A stretch of DNA of 64,000 nt from Vulcanimicrobiota bacterium (GCA_963851255.1 CAWKOF010000007.1:55826-119825); one strand, 5' to 3'. Positions 42,472 to 51,907 are shown, numbered from the stretch's first letter. A program made the numbers and translations. Notes: generated from the sequence alone by a model not told the origin.

Positions 42472-43458
42472 GTGCCGGGAGCAGCTGACGCACGCACCAT
42501 CTTTACGCTCGTTCGCAAGGGCATCGACGCGCGGGCGGTGCACGTGCACGTCCGCAAACCGTTTCGGTTTTTGCTTTGCGGCGATCCGGCGCTGATTGCC
42601 GAGTTTCGAGCGCTGATGCTCTCGGGGCACGACGAAAGCGTTCCGCCGGACGCGGCCGCGTGTTTGGAGACGATTCGCCGCGACGCTCCGCTCGTCACCA
42701 ATCCCAGCGAAGTTCGGGCGGTCGTCTTTCTCGGCCGGCCGGGTGACGCCGCTGCATCAGACTTATCGGCGATGAGCGTCCTGCGCGTGCCGATTCTGGC
42801 CCTGACGGTCGATCCGCTCGCACTAAGCTCGGGCCCGCCGGCGCCGCCGTCCGCGGGCAGCTGGGCCGAGTACGTCGTTCCTGCGATCGCGCGGGAGCCG
42901 TTGCGCGGCCGCTTCTTTCCACATCTGGTCGAGTGCGCGAAGGGCGTCGAGATCGCGGTCGGCCGGCGTCTGCCGGTACTGCGCGATTGCGTCGCTTCCA
43001 AGCTGACGCGCGACGCCGCGAACAACGCACTGAAGGTCGCGCTCGCGAGCGCGGTCGTCGACCACATTCCCGTCGTCGGCATCGTGCTCGGGGCAGTCGC
43101 CTCGGCCGGTGACATGGTCGCGATCACCGGCATTCAGGTGATGTTGATGCTTCACATCGAAGCGGTTTACGGCCGCGATCCCGACGTGCAGCGAACCTGG
43201 CAGGTGCTGCCGGTGATTGGCGGAGGCTTCGGCTGGCGCACCCTAGCGCGCGAGCTCGCCGGTTTCGTGCCGGTCGCCGGAATCGCGATCAAGGGCGCGA
43301 TCGCCTACGCCGGCACGATCGTCGTCGGCGAAGGCGTTACGTTCTTCCACGAGCACGGCAGCTATATGACCAAAGGCCAAGCCTCGACGCTCTACGAGCG
43401 TGCCAAGGACGACGCGCTACGCTTCGGGCGCGACCTTATAGGGAAACTGCGGAAATAG
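42472..43458 (+). CDS. Hypothetical membrane-associated protein, C-terminal DUF697-like domain
   Basis: 328 aa with GTG start. The C-terminal half has two Gly-rich hydrophobic hairpins (HIPVVGIVLGAVASAGDMVAITGIQVMLMLHIEAVYG; FVPVAGIAIKGAIAYAGTIVVGEG), as in DUF697. Confidence 0.45.
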   Translation: MPGAADARTIFTLVRKGIDARAVHVHVRKPFRFLLCGDPALIAEFRALMLSGHDESVPPDAAACLETIRRDAPLVTNPSEVRAVVFLGRPGDAAASDLSAMSVLRVPILALTVDPLALSSGPPAPPSAGSWAEYVVPAIAREPLRGRFFPHLVECAKGVEIAVGRRLPVLRDCVASKLTRDAANNALKVALASAVVDHIPVVGIVLGAVASAGDMVAITGIQVMLMLHIEAVYGRDPDVQRTWQVLPVIGGGFGWRTLARELAGFVPVAGIAIKGAIAYAGTIVVGEGVTFFHEHGSYMTKGQASTLYERAKDDALRFGRDLIGKLRK

Positions 43459-43512
43459 GTCCGCGCCGCGGGCGCCTGAAACATCCACGCTCGCTCGCCC
43501 GTAGAGGGAGCC

Positions 43513-45378
43513 ATGAATCTCTTGCGTTCGGCCGCCGCCGCCTTCGCCTTGGCGGCTCTTCTCACAACGGCCGTCTCTCGTGCCGCCGAGCCGGATCCGC
43601 GTGTTGCGCAGCTGATCGAAGTATCGGGAAAAGCACTGGGAGTCGCCTCGCTCTCGTCCGTCGCTACGCTACGCTTCGACGAGCGCATTTCGGCGGTCGG
43701 GCTCCACGGAACGGTGACCCAGTACGTTGACGTCCGCGATGGGCGGTTTGCGGAAACGACCAACCTCGCGCCGGTCGTTTCGCTCGATGGCTACGACGGA
43801 AGCGTCGAATGGAGCGGCGACGGAACGCACCTCGTCTGGAATAACGGCGGCGACAGCGATCGCGCCTCAGAGATCAATCAGGCATACCTCGAGAGTTACG
43901 CGCTCTGGAAACCACAGTCGGATGGAGCAGAGGTCTCGTGGCTCGGCACCAAAACCGAGGCCGGTCGCAGCTACGACGGATTGAAGATCACGCCGGCCGG
44001 CTCGAAGTTGCCGTTCGAACTCTGGTTCGACGGCACGACGCACCTGCCGGTACGCGGCAACTTCGTCAACGGCTTCACCACTTCGACGCTGACGTTCTCC
44101 GGTTACGAGCGCGATCGCGGGCTCGACGTCGCCCGCGCGGTTCACATCGAGTCGAGTGACGGCAACAACTCCGATATCGACGTGATCGGCATCGCGTTCG
44201 ATGCGCCCGGCGCGCAAGCCGCCTTGGCGCGGCCGCAGACGAAGCCGGCCGATTTTTCCATGCAGAATGGCAAAACCTCGACGACCATCCCGATCGCGAT
44301 CGGCGAGAATCACGTCTACCTCGACGTGATGATCAACGGCAAGGGGCCGTTTCGCTTTATCTTCGATACCGGCGGTTCGAACGTCATCGATCCGGCGGTT
44401 GCCAAAGAGATCGGCGCATTTGGAACCGGATCCGCACAAGGCAGCGGCGTCGGTTCGCAGACCGAATCGCTTAGCTTCGCCCGCGTTTCGACGCTCCAAG
44501 TCGGCGATGCGGTGCTGACCGACCAGCTGTTCGCCGTCGCGCCGACGCGTCAAGGGTTCGGTGTTTCGGCAGGCCATCCGGTCGACGGATTGATCGGCTG
44601 GGAAGTACTCGCGCGTTACGTCACGACTTTCGACTACGCGAATCGCCGGATCGTGCTCAGCATGCCCGGCTCGGCGCAGCCGCCTGCGAACGGGCACGCC
44701 GTGCCGTTCGTCCTGTATGGAACGCAGCCGCAGATTGCTTGCACGATCGATGGGATTCCCGCGGAGTGCACGATCGATACCGGTGCGCGCGATACGATCA
44801 CGTTTATGTCGCCGTTCCTCGCCGCTCACCCGCAAGTCGTTCCGGCGACGTTAACGGCCGTCGGCGTCAATGGTTTTGGATTCGGCGGCCCGGCAATGGG
44901 CAAGCTCGGACGCGTGCAAACCGTCGGCATCGACGATCTCCAGCTAACGAATCTCGTAGCAGACTACACGACGCAGACGGCCGGTGCGTTGGCCGCGCCG
45001 TTCGTCGGCGCAAACGTCGGCGGCAATCTGCTGCGGCGCTTTACCGTGACGTTCGACTATTGGAACGGCACGATGACGCTCGTCCCCAACGCTGCTTTCG
45101 GCGAAGCCGACTCCTACGAACGTTCCGGTTTGTTTCTGATCAAGCGCGCGGACAGCATCGTCGTAATCGACGCGCGCCCCGGAACTCCGGCCGCAAATGC
45201 GGGTATCGTCAAAGGTGACGTGCTCGACTCGATTGACGGCTCGGCCGCCGGCACGATGCTCCTGGGCGACGTTCGCAACCTATTGGCGCAGCCTGCCGGA
45301 ACGGTCGTGACGCTGACCGTCACCGGCAAAGACGGAAGCAAGCGCTCCGTAAAACTCACGCTGCAAGATTACGTGTAA
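43513..45378 (+). CDS. Secreted protein with two retropepsin-like aspartyl protease domains and a C-terminal PDZ domain
   Basis: 621 aa. Signal peptide, two D-T-G motifs (FIFDTGGSNVI; CTIDTGARDTI) and a PDZ-like GTPAANAGIVKGDVLDSIDG. Confidence 0.65.
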   Translation: MNLLRSAAAAFALAALLTTAVSRAAEPDPRVAQLIEVSGKALGVASLSSVATLRFDERISAVGLHGTVTQYVDVRDGRFAETTNLAPVVSLDGYDGSVEWSGDGTHLVWNNGGDSDRASEINQAYLESYALWKPQSDGAEVSWLGTKTEAGRSYDGLKITPAGSKLPFELWFDGTTHLPVRGNFVNGFTTSTLTFSGYERDRGLDVARAVHIESSDGNNSDIDVIGIAFDAPGAQAALARPQTKPADFSMQNGKTSTTIPIAIGENHVYLDVMINGKGPFRFIFDTGGSNVIDPAVAKEIGAFGTGSAQGSGVGSQTESLSFARVSTLQVGDAVLTDQLFAVAPTRQGFGVSAGHPVDGLIGWEVLARYVTTFDYANRRIVLSMPGSAQPPANGHAVPFVLYGTQPQIACTIDGIPAECTIDTGARDTITFMSPFLAAHPQVVPATLTAVGVNGFGFGGPAMGKLGRVQTVGIDDLQLTNLVADYTTQTAGALAAPFVGANVGGNLLRRFTVTFDYWNGTMTLVPNAAFGEADSYERSGLFLIKRADSIVVIDARPGTPAANAGIVKGDVLDSIDGSAAGTMLLGDVRNLLAQPAGTVVTLTVTGKDGSKRSVKLTLQDYV

Positions 45379-45435
45379 GCCCGAATCAGCACGAATCCGG
45401 TAGTTTTTGTCGGCGCGACCGGCTAGGATGGCGTC

Positions 45436-45900
45436 ATGAAGTGTTTGCCGATCCCCGCCGAGATCGCCGAAGAAGCTCGCGAAAAGGGTGTCGACCGTTT
45501 TGCGCACGAGCTAGAGGCCACGAACGAAACGGCACCCTGTCGCGTTTGTCTGCGGATTCCATCTGAACCCGAAGAGATGATTCTGATGTCCTATCAGCCG
45601 CTTCCGGACAGGAGCCCGTATGCCGAGGTCGGACCGATCTTCGTGCATTCGCACCGCTGTCGCCCGTACTCCGACGTCCAGACGTTCCCAGCCGATTTTG
45701 CAGCGCGCCCATTGGTTCTACGCGCGTACGGATACGATGGCCGCATTATCGATGCTCGAGTAGCAGAACCCGGTCGAGCTTTCGCGGATGCGGCCGATTT
45801 CTTGACCCGTGAGGAGGTTGCCGAAATTCACGTTCGACATGTCTCGTACACCTGTTTCGATTTCAAAATCGTCCGTTCCGACGGCGGTTCGACAGAATGA
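45436..45900 (+). CDS. DUF1203-like protein
   Basis: 154 aa. PCRVCL ... SYQPLPDRSPYAEVGPIFVHSHRC resembles DUF1203. ATGA overlap with the downstream VOC gene. Confidence 0.5.
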   Translation: MKCLPIPAEIAEEAREKGVDRFAHELEATNETAPCRVCLRIPSEPEEMILMSYQPLPDRSPYAEVGPIFVHSHRCRPYSDVQTFPADFAARPLVLRAYGYDGRIIDARVAEPGRAFADAADFLTREEVAEIHVRHVSYTCFDFKIVRSDGGSTE

Positions 45901-46373
45901 GGGTTCGCAAACTCAATCATGCGGTGCTTCGCGTTCGCGATCTCGAGCGCAGTCTCGAGTTTTATCGCGATGTGCTCGGGCTGGAGCCTGTCGCCCGCGT
46001 GGGAAAAGTCATGGCCTTCATGCGCGCGCCCGATTCGGAGAACCATCATGACTTGGGGCTTGCAGCCGTCGGACCGCATGCACCGCCGCCCAACGAACGC
46101 GGCGTCGGACTCTATCATTTGGCGTGGGAAGTTGACGAAATCGAGTCGTTGCGCGAAGCGCGCGACGCAGTTGAACGATACGGCACGCTCAGCGGTGCCA
46201 GCGATCACGGCGCGACAAAGTCGATCTACGGGTACGACCCCGACGGTAATGAGTTCGAAGTGATGTGGATGGTGCCGCGCGAGCAGTGGGGCGATTACGA
46301 GCGTACCGCACCGACTCGTCCGCTCGATCTCGAAGTCGAAATCGAACGCTGGAGCGCGCGCGCGAAGCGCTAA
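45897..46373 (+). CDS. VOC/glyoxalase-dioxygenase family protein
   Basis: 158 aa. LNHAVLRVRDLERSLEFYRDVLGL and a second half-domain GLYHLAWEV. Confidence 0.8.
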   Translation: MRVRKLNHAVLRVRDLERSLEFYRDVLGLEPVARVGKVMAFMRAPDSENHHDLGLAAVGPHAPPPNERGVGLYHLAWEVDEIESLREARDAVERYGTLSGASDHGATKSIYGYDPDGNEFEVMWMVPREQWGDYERTAPTRPLDLEVEIERWSARAKR

Positions 46374-46494
46374 GACTCAAACCAAATTCGTGCGCTCGGA
46401 TAGTCGGCCCAAACGGTAGATCGAGCGTATGCGTTCGAGCATCACTCCCTTACGTCCGAGGGATTGTCTCCCAGCCTTCGGTATTGGTTGGCTC

Positions 46495-46968
46495 ATGACC
46501 GACGAACATAAATCGTTAGCTCCGGGATTGTTTCTGACACCCCAATCCGCCGAGCTGCCGCCGCTGGCGCCCGAGGTTGAAGCCGAGGCGCTCGCGCGCC
46601 TGCGCACCGTTCCAATCTTCGAGACCCTCGGTTTCTCAAACGTACGCATGGGTGTCGGATGGTTCGACTGTACCGTCGCGCGGAATCGCGCGTTCGACGG
46701 AATCTTTGATTCGTTTCACGGCGGCCTGTTGGTGACGGCGGCCGATTCGGCAGCCGCGGTCGTGAGCTTGACCGTGTGGGGCGCGGAGAGCCGCATCACC
46801 ACCACCGACATGAACATCCGTTTCTTGGCGCCCGCGCGAAGTAACGTCAGACTCTTCGCGCAAGCGATCAGACAAGGGCGAACGCTGATCCCCACGATTG
46901 CAAACTTTTGGCGCGACGACGGCACCCTCGTCGCCGTCGCACAAGTCACGTACATGCGACTGACCTGA
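46495..46968 (+). CDS. PaaI/hotdog-fold thioesterase
   Basis: I prefer ATG 46495 (MTDEHK...) within ORF 46429-46968. Hotdog motif FHGGLLVTAADSAAA. Confidence 0.75.
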   Translation: MTDEHKSLAPGLFLTPQSAELPPLAPEVEAEALARLRTVPIFETLGFSNVRMGVGWFDCTVARNRAFDGIFDSFHGGLLVTAADSAAAVVSLTVWGAESRITTTDMNIRFLAPARSNVRLFAQAIRQGRTLIPTIANFWRDDGTLVAVAQVTYMRLT

Positions 46969-47014
46969 ACGGCTTTCGCGGGATCGAGCCGGCGTGATAG
47001 AGTGGGGTGAGGAT

Positions 47015-47551
47015 ATGTCGATACGCGAAATCGTGCTTCCGGAAACGAAACCCGAAACTGAGTGGGTGCGCGGGCGACCGCTGCAAAAATTGAGCCCGCA
47101 ACGCAACCACTCGCTGCTGCAAGGGGCGCTGTCGACGCAGCTGAGCCGTTGGGCGACAGGTCGCGGCGAGGCCGGCCCTGAGTGGCGCTTCCGCGTCGCA
47201 CCCCCCGGCGAAGTTCGCCGGCCGCTCGTTCCCGACGTTGCGTACGTTTCCAACGAACGTCTTCGACCGCTCAGCGATGAAGAGCTGCAGTTGCCGCCGC
47301 TTGCGCCCGACGTCGCGGTCGAAATTCTTTCGCCTGACGACCGGCGCATTGACGTCGACAGCAAGATCGATGTTTACTTACGTGCCGGATCGTCGCTCGT
47401 TATGGTCGTCGATCCGCAACGCCGGATTGTCGAGTTGCACGACCGTGACAAGACGGCGCAACTCGATGAAAGCGACGTTATCGTGCATCCGGCTTTGCCT
47501 GAGTTTTCTTATCCGGTAAGCGAGCTGTTTGCAGTGCTTAAGCGCGCGTAG
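47015..47551 (+). CDS. Uma2 family (DUF820) putative endonuclease
   Basis: I prefer ATG 47015 (GGTGAGGA RBS). Restriction-endonuclease-like motifs VPDVAYV and APDVAVEILSPDD. Confidence 0.75.
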   Translation: MSIREIVLPETKPETEWVRGRPLQKLSPQRNHSLLQGALSTQLSRWATGRGEAGPEWRFRVAPPGEVRRPLVPDVAYVSNERLRPLSDEELQLPPLAPDVAVEILSPDDRRIDVDSKIDVYLRAGSSLVMVVDPQRRIVELHDRDKTAQLDESDVIVHPALPEFSYPVSELFAVLKRA

Positions 47552-47562
47552 AGGATTCGCGA

Positions 47563-47628
47563 GTCGCCCTTCGCCCTTCGACTGCGCCGCTGCGCGGCGC
47601 GCTCAGGATGACAAGGCTCAGGGTGGGA
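47563..47628. repeat. REP-like element, second long copy
   Basis: Shares an identical 25-mer, GTCGCCCTTCGCCCTTCGACTGCGC, with 18438-18462. Then a GCGCCGC-TGC-GCGGCGC hairpin, GCTCAGGATGACA and CTCAGGGTGGGA. Lies between convergent genes, and its last arm overlaps the stop of the 47618 gene. Confidence 0.7.
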
Positions 47629-48181
47629 GTAAGAACGCGTCCATGGTGTCGACGTCGAAGAACGCGCCCGGATCGCCCGTCTGCACCGCTCGAGAAGTCA
47701 GGTGAGGATTCGAACGCAACAGGCGAAGCGTATCGCCGGAGGGCAGGTATTCGATAAACCGCCGAGCGCGCGGCGAGAGCAAAACCGGGTGCCCCGGCTC
47801 GTCATCGCGCTCCGGGTAGACGATGTCGGCGTCGTGCGTCTCGGCGAAAATCGTTTCAATCAGCGGTTCGCTGACAAGCGGTTTATCCCCGAGCACGACG
47901 AGCATCGAGACATCGCCCGCTAAATGGCGATTCGCAAGCGCGAGCGAGTGCGACATGCCGCGCTCGGGTTCGTTGTTGGGTACGAGCGAGAGATCCGAGC
48001 GGAGGGCTAAATATTCGGCGACCTCGCGGCCGCAGACCACGACCGGATGCCAACGCTGCGCCGCGGCGATCGCGTGTTCGATCAGCAGGCGGCCGCGAAA
48101 ATCCATCAGAAGCTTCTGTTTGCCGATGCGTGACGACGTGCCCGCCGCAAGAATGACGGCGCGAGCGTCGCGACCGGTCAT
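47618..48181 (-). CDS. MobA-like NTP transferase (probable molybdenum cofactor cytidylyltransferase, MocA type)
   Basis: 187 aa. VILAAGTSSRIGKQKLL nucleotide-binding N-terminus. Last gene of the cox cluster. Confidence 0.75.
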   Translation of the reverse strand: MTGRDARAVILAAGTSSRIGKQKLLMDFRGRLLIEHAIAAAQRWHPVVVCGREVAEYLALRSDLSLVPNNEPERGMSHSLALANRHLAGDVSMLVVLGDKPLVSEPLIETIFAETHDADIVYPERDDEPGHPVLLSPRARRFIEYLPSGDTLRLLRSNPHLTSRAVQTGDPGAFFDVDTMDAFLLPP

Positions 48182-49131
48182 GCGTTGCGAGCGACTTGTT
48201 CGAGACGGCGATGAATCGCACGGCCCGCATTGCGCAGCGGCGAACCGTCGCCCCCACGGCGTGTCGCGACGATCTCGGCTAAAATCGAAAGGGCGGTCTC
48301 CGCAACGGTCGTTCCGCCGAGATCGAGACCGACCGGACCGTGAATTCGAGCGATCGCCGTTTCGTCGAAACCCTCGGCCTGCAATGAGGCCCGGCGGGCC
48401 GCTTGCGAACGACGGCTTCCGAGCAGTCCGATGTAGGGCGCCGCGGAGTTGAGCGCACAGCGCAGGGCGGGAAGATCGAACTTCGGATCGTGCGAGAGAA
48501 CGACTACCGGCGTGCGATCCGAGAGTGCCCCCGGAAGATACTCGTCAGGCCACGCGCGTGCGATCTCAGTTTCATCTCCCATACGCTCCTTCGTCGCAAA
48601 GGCCGGGCGCGGATCGACCACGACGACGTCGAAGTCAAGCCGCCGCGCAATCGTCGCCAGCTCGGCGGCCAGCGTAGTCGCGCCGACGAGAATCAGCCGG
48701 TCCTTCGGCGCGAAGCTGTACTCGAAGTCCACGCGCGTCCCGTCGGCAGCCGGATATGCAAACGTCAATCGCACCTCGTCCCGCCCCGCGGCGATCGCTT
48801 CCGCGAGATCGCGAAACTGCGGCTGCGGGCGCCACACGACGAGCCGCATCACCGCGCCGCAGGCCGTCCCGCCCATTACTTCGTCGTCACTGGAAAGGTT
48901 GATGTCGAGACGCCGCGTCTCACCGTCGGCGGCCGTCTTCAGGCACGCCCCGACGATCTCGGCTTCGTAGCAACCCGCACCGATGTTCCCGAAGACGCGA
49001 CCGCTTGCGTCGACCGCAATCGTCGTTCCGATCGGCGCCGTTGCCGCGTCGCGCAGATCGACGAGCGTGGCCAACGCGAAGGTTCGCTTTTCGTCGAGCC
49101 AGCGAGCGGCGACCGCAAAGACATCGCGCAT
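48178..49131 (-). CDS. XdhC/CoxI family molybdoenzyme maturation protein
   Basis: I prefer ATG 49131 (MRDVFAVAARWLDEKRTFALATLV), which forms a TGATG overlap with the coxE stop. XdhC N-terminal domain plus Rossmann-like C-domain (LILVGATTLAAELA). Confidence 0.8.
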   Translation of the reverse strand: MRDVFAVAARWLDEKRTFALATLVDLRDAATAPIGTTIAVDASGRVFGNIGAGCYEAEIVGACLKTAADGETRRLDINLSSDDEVMGGTACGAVMRLVVWRPQPQFRDLAEAIAAGRDEVRLTFAYPAADGTRVDFEYSFAPKDRLILVGATTLAAELATIARRLDFDVVVVDPRPAFATKERMGDETEIARAWPDEYLPGALSDRTPVVVLSHDPKFDLPALRCALNSAAPYIGLLGSRRSQAARRASLQAEGFDETAIARIHGPVGLDLGGTTVAETALSILAEIVATRRGGDGSPLRNAGRAIHRRLEQVARNA

Positions 49132-50255
49132 CAGGCAGCCATCCGCGATCGTCGCCCGAGTTGCGTCAGCGCGTCCATGCGCTCGAATGAAGTAAAGATC
49201 GTTACGTACGGCAGCGCGGCCGCCATGCCACGCGCCGAGGGCGTGTAGCCGGGGAGCGCCGCGTCGGGGTTCAGCCACGCGATCGCCGCGCAGCGCCGGG
49301 CCAGCTCGCGCATCGCGCGCTGGAGTCGAGGAATCTCACCGACGTCGAGACCGTCGCTGACGATTATCACGAAAGTCTGATCGGAAAGGCGCCCGGCGTA
49401 TTTGCGCAGGAACTCGATCAGGCTCGAGCCGATCCGCGTGCCGCCGCCCCAGGCCTCGCCGAGGTCGTCGAGGCGATACTCGCTTCGAGATGCGTCGCGC
49501 AGTTTGCGCGTAACCTCTCGCAGCTCCGTGCTGAAGATAAAGGCAGCGGCGCGCCGGCTTCGCTTGCAGAGCGCATAGGCAAACTGCAGCATCCTCGGCG
49601 CGTGTTCGCTCATCGAACGGCTGCCGTCGAGGAGCACGACGAAGCGCGGATTGCGCAGCGGATGGCCGAGCGTACGCGGCTCGAGCAGATCGCCGCCGGT
49701 CCGCAGACTCGCGCGCAGCGTACGGCGAAGATCGAAGCGCTCGCCACGCGGGCGGGGCTTCCACCGCAATGAATGCCCCAATCGCAAGCGGGCGATGAGC
49801 CGGCCGGCCTCGCGCAGCGCGGCGTCGAGGCCTTCCATCGGAATTGCCGGCGCGTTTGCGACCGCCGCGCTCGCGCTGTAGCGCGCGAGCAGCGCCTGCC
49901 ACGCTTCGCCGGCGTTCTGCGATTCGGGTTGCCGCTTGATCTCGACGCTATCGGCGTGCGCGAGCGCGTTATCCCGCACGGGACGCGTGCGCCGGCGCCG
50001 CCGGCTGGGGTGTGCCGAGCCCGGCGCCGCGCTGGCGAAAAATGCATCGAATGCACGGTCGAACGGCTCGATCTCTTCGGGCTTGCTGCAACAGACGGAG
50101 CGCAGCGCCGCGGCGACACGCCGGCGGTCGCGAAGGCCGACCAGCTCGATCGCCCGCGCGGCTTCGAGCGCTTCGCGTGGGCCAATATTGAATTTGCGCA
50201 CGCTGCGCAGCCGCTCGCAGAACTCCACGACCTTCGCGGCGAGATTGTCGTTCAT
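49131..50255 (-). CDS. coxE: VWA domain protein CoxE-like
   Basis: I prefer ATG 50255 (MNDNLAAKVVEF...), in an ATGA overlap with the coxD stop. MIDAS-type VVLLDGSRSMSEH. The upstream 101 codons of the ORF overlap coxD. Confidence 0.75.
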   Translation of the reverse strand: MNDNLAAKVVEFCERLRSVRKFNIGPREALEAARAIELVGLRDRRRVAAALRSVCCSKPEEIEPFDRAFDAFFASAAPGSAHPSRRRRRTRPVRDNALAHADSVEIKRQPESQNAGEAWQALLARYSASAAVANAPAIPMEGLDAALREAGRLIARLRLGHSLRWKPRPRGERFDLRRTLRASLRTGGDLLEPRTLGHPLRNPRFVVLLDGSRSMSEHAPRMLQFAYALCKRSRRAAAFIFSTELREVTRKLRDASRSEYRLDDLGEAWGGGTRIGSSLIEFLRKYAGRLSDQTFVIIVSDGLDVGEIPRLQRAMRELARRCAAIAWLNPDAALPGYTPSARGMAAALPYVTIFTSFERMDALTQLGRRSRMAA

Positions 50256-51124
50256 GCGTGCGTCAGCATCGGCTCGTACTGCGCGCGCAAACTGCGCAGC
50301 AGTTCCCAATCTTCTTGAACCTTCAAGATGCATCCGGTCGTCGCTTCGAGCGTCGCTTCGTCGAGCGCGTCGCGATGCAGGCGTACCAGCGCAAGCGCCC
50401 AGTCGAGGCTCTCGGCGGTTCCGGGAACGCGCTGGAACGGCTGCGCTCGAAGGAACTCCATGAAACGCGCGATTTGGCTTGCGAGGCGTTCGTTGATTCC
50501 CGGCAAGCGCGCGTTCAGAATTTCCAGTTCGCGCTCGAACGAAGGGTAGCCGATCCACAGGTAGAGGCAGCGCCGGCGCAATGCATCGGAGAGGTCGCGG
50601 GTGCGATTCGAGGTGACGATGACGACGGGTCGAGCCTTGGCGCGCAGCGTGCCGATCTCCGGGATGGTCACTTGGAACTCGCCGAGCAACTCCAGCAGAA
50701 ACGCTTCGAAGGCCTCGTCGGCGCGGTCAATTTCGTCGATCAGAAGCACCGGCGCGCGCTCTTCGCCGATCGCTTCGAGCAGCGGCCGCGCGAGCAAGAA
50801 CTCGCGCCCAAAGATCTGTTCCTCACGCTCCTGCAGGTTCGTACCCAGATGGTCGGTGAGCCGGATGTGCAGCAGCTGCTTAGGATAGTTCCACTCGTAG
50901 AGAGCGCTTGCCGAATCGAGTCCCTCGTAGCATTGCAGCCGGATCAGTTTCGTCTCCAGAACGTCGGCCAGTACTTTCGCGCTTTCAGTCTTTCCGACAC
51001 CGGCGGGCCCTTCCACCAAGAGCGGCTTCTCGAGCGCAAGTGCGAGCTCGAGCGAGGTCGCGACGTCCTCGTCGGCGATGTAGCCACGCTGCGCGAAGCG
51101 CTCGCGAATGCGCTCCGCGTTCAC
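50252..51124 (-). CDS. coxD: MoxR-type AAA+ ATPase CoxD-like
   Basis: 290 aa. Walker A GPAGVGKT and Walker B LLIDEIDRA. GTGA overlap with the upstream gene. Confidence 0.9.
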   Translation of the reverse strand: MNAERIRERFAQRGYIADEDVATSLELALALEKPLLVEGPAGVGKTESAKVLADVLETKLIRLQCYEGLDSASALYEWNYPKQLLHIRLTDHLGTNLQEREEQIFGREFLLARPLLEAIGEERAPVLLIDEIDRADEAFEAFLLELLGEFQVTIPEIGTLRAKARPVVIVTSNRTRDLSDALRRRCLYLWIGYPSFERELEILNARLPGINERLASQIARFMEFLRAQPFQRVPGTAESLDWALALVRLHRDALDEATLEATTGCILKVQEDWELLRSLRAQYEPMLTHA

Positions 51125-51903
51125 CGTGCGGCCTCTGCTTCTGCGGCCGCTAGCGTCGCGACGATCTCGGCCAGAATCGAGATTGCCACTTCACCCGGAC
51201 GCCGTGCGCCGATGTCGATGCCGGCGGGATTGTGTACGTCGGCGAGCCGCTCGGACGCGACGCCGCGCCGCTTCGCCTCCGCAAAGACCTCCACGGCGCG
51301 CTTGCGGCTTGCGAGCAGACCGATATACGCGGGTTCACCGATCTCGAGCAACGCTTCCAGCGCGGCTTCGTCGTAGTGTCCCTGCGACGCGACGACCGCG
51401 ACGAGACGCTCGCGATCCGCCGGTTCAATTCCGGCCAGAAAGCTGGGAAGCGCGTCGATCGCCACCGCGTGCCCGGCTTGCGCGTCACCGAGTTGGTGCA
51501 ACTCGCCAGGCTCGACCACACGAATGACGTTGTAACCGTCAAGCGCGCAAGCCAGCCGGGCGAGCTCGGCCGCAACCGGAGTCGTGCCGGCAACCACGAG
51601 CATGCGCGCCGGCAGATGCGGCTCGACGTAGACGTTAACGGCACCCTCCGACGCGCACTCCCCTTCGATCTGCACCAAGCGAGATTCGCCGCTGCGCATT
51701 GCCTCGAGTGCTTCCTGGCGCACGATGTCGCGCGAGCACGAGCCGCCGACAAAGCCGAGCATTGCGCCGTCCGCAAGAACGATCGCGCGGTCCCCGAGGT
51801 GCGAGCTGATCGGACCCTCGCGCTTAACGACCGTCGCAAGGGCGAACGGCCTGCGTGCGCGCTCGAGCTCGGCGGCGCGCTCGAAGAACTCGCGCGCGGT
51901 CAT
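51121..51903 (-). CDS. XdhC family accessory protein (second copy)
   Basis: 260 aa. XdhC N-domain (RPFALATVVKREGPISSHLGDRAIV) and Rossmann-like MLVVAGTTPVAAELA. Confidence 0.75.
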   Translation of the reverse strand: MTAREFFERAAELERARRPFALATVVKREGPISSHLGDRAIVLADGAMLGFVGGSCSRDIVRQEALEAMRSGESRLVQIEGECASEGAVNVYVEPHLPARMLVVAGTTPVAAELARLACALDGYNVIRVVEPGELHQLGDAQAGHAVAIDALPSFLAGIEPADRERLVAVVASQGHYDEAALEALLEIGEPAYIGLLASRKRAVEVFAEAKRRGVASERLADVHNPAGIDIGARRPGEVAISILAEIVATLAAAEAEAAR

Positions 51904-51907
51904 CGCG

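Noticed and set aside
47015-47551. The Uma2 (DUF820) endonuclease as a sign of a restriction or mobile element.
   Set aside because: It is a single gene with no methyltransferase, toxin partner, integrase or flanking direct repeats. This family is commonly scattered as stand-alone genes.
48178-49278. The N-terminal extensions of ORFs 48178-49278 and 49131-50558.
   Set aside because: The extensions overlap the preceding genes. Internal ATGs at 49131 and 50255 create canonical TGATG and ATGA coupling junctions and start at the conserved domain boundaries.
49131-51124. A MoxR AAA+ ATPase plus VWA protein pair as a possible stand-alone stress or defence module.
   Set aside because: The pair is embedded by overlapping codons within the coxMSLG/XdhC cluster. 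That is the known CoxD/CoxE maturation role.
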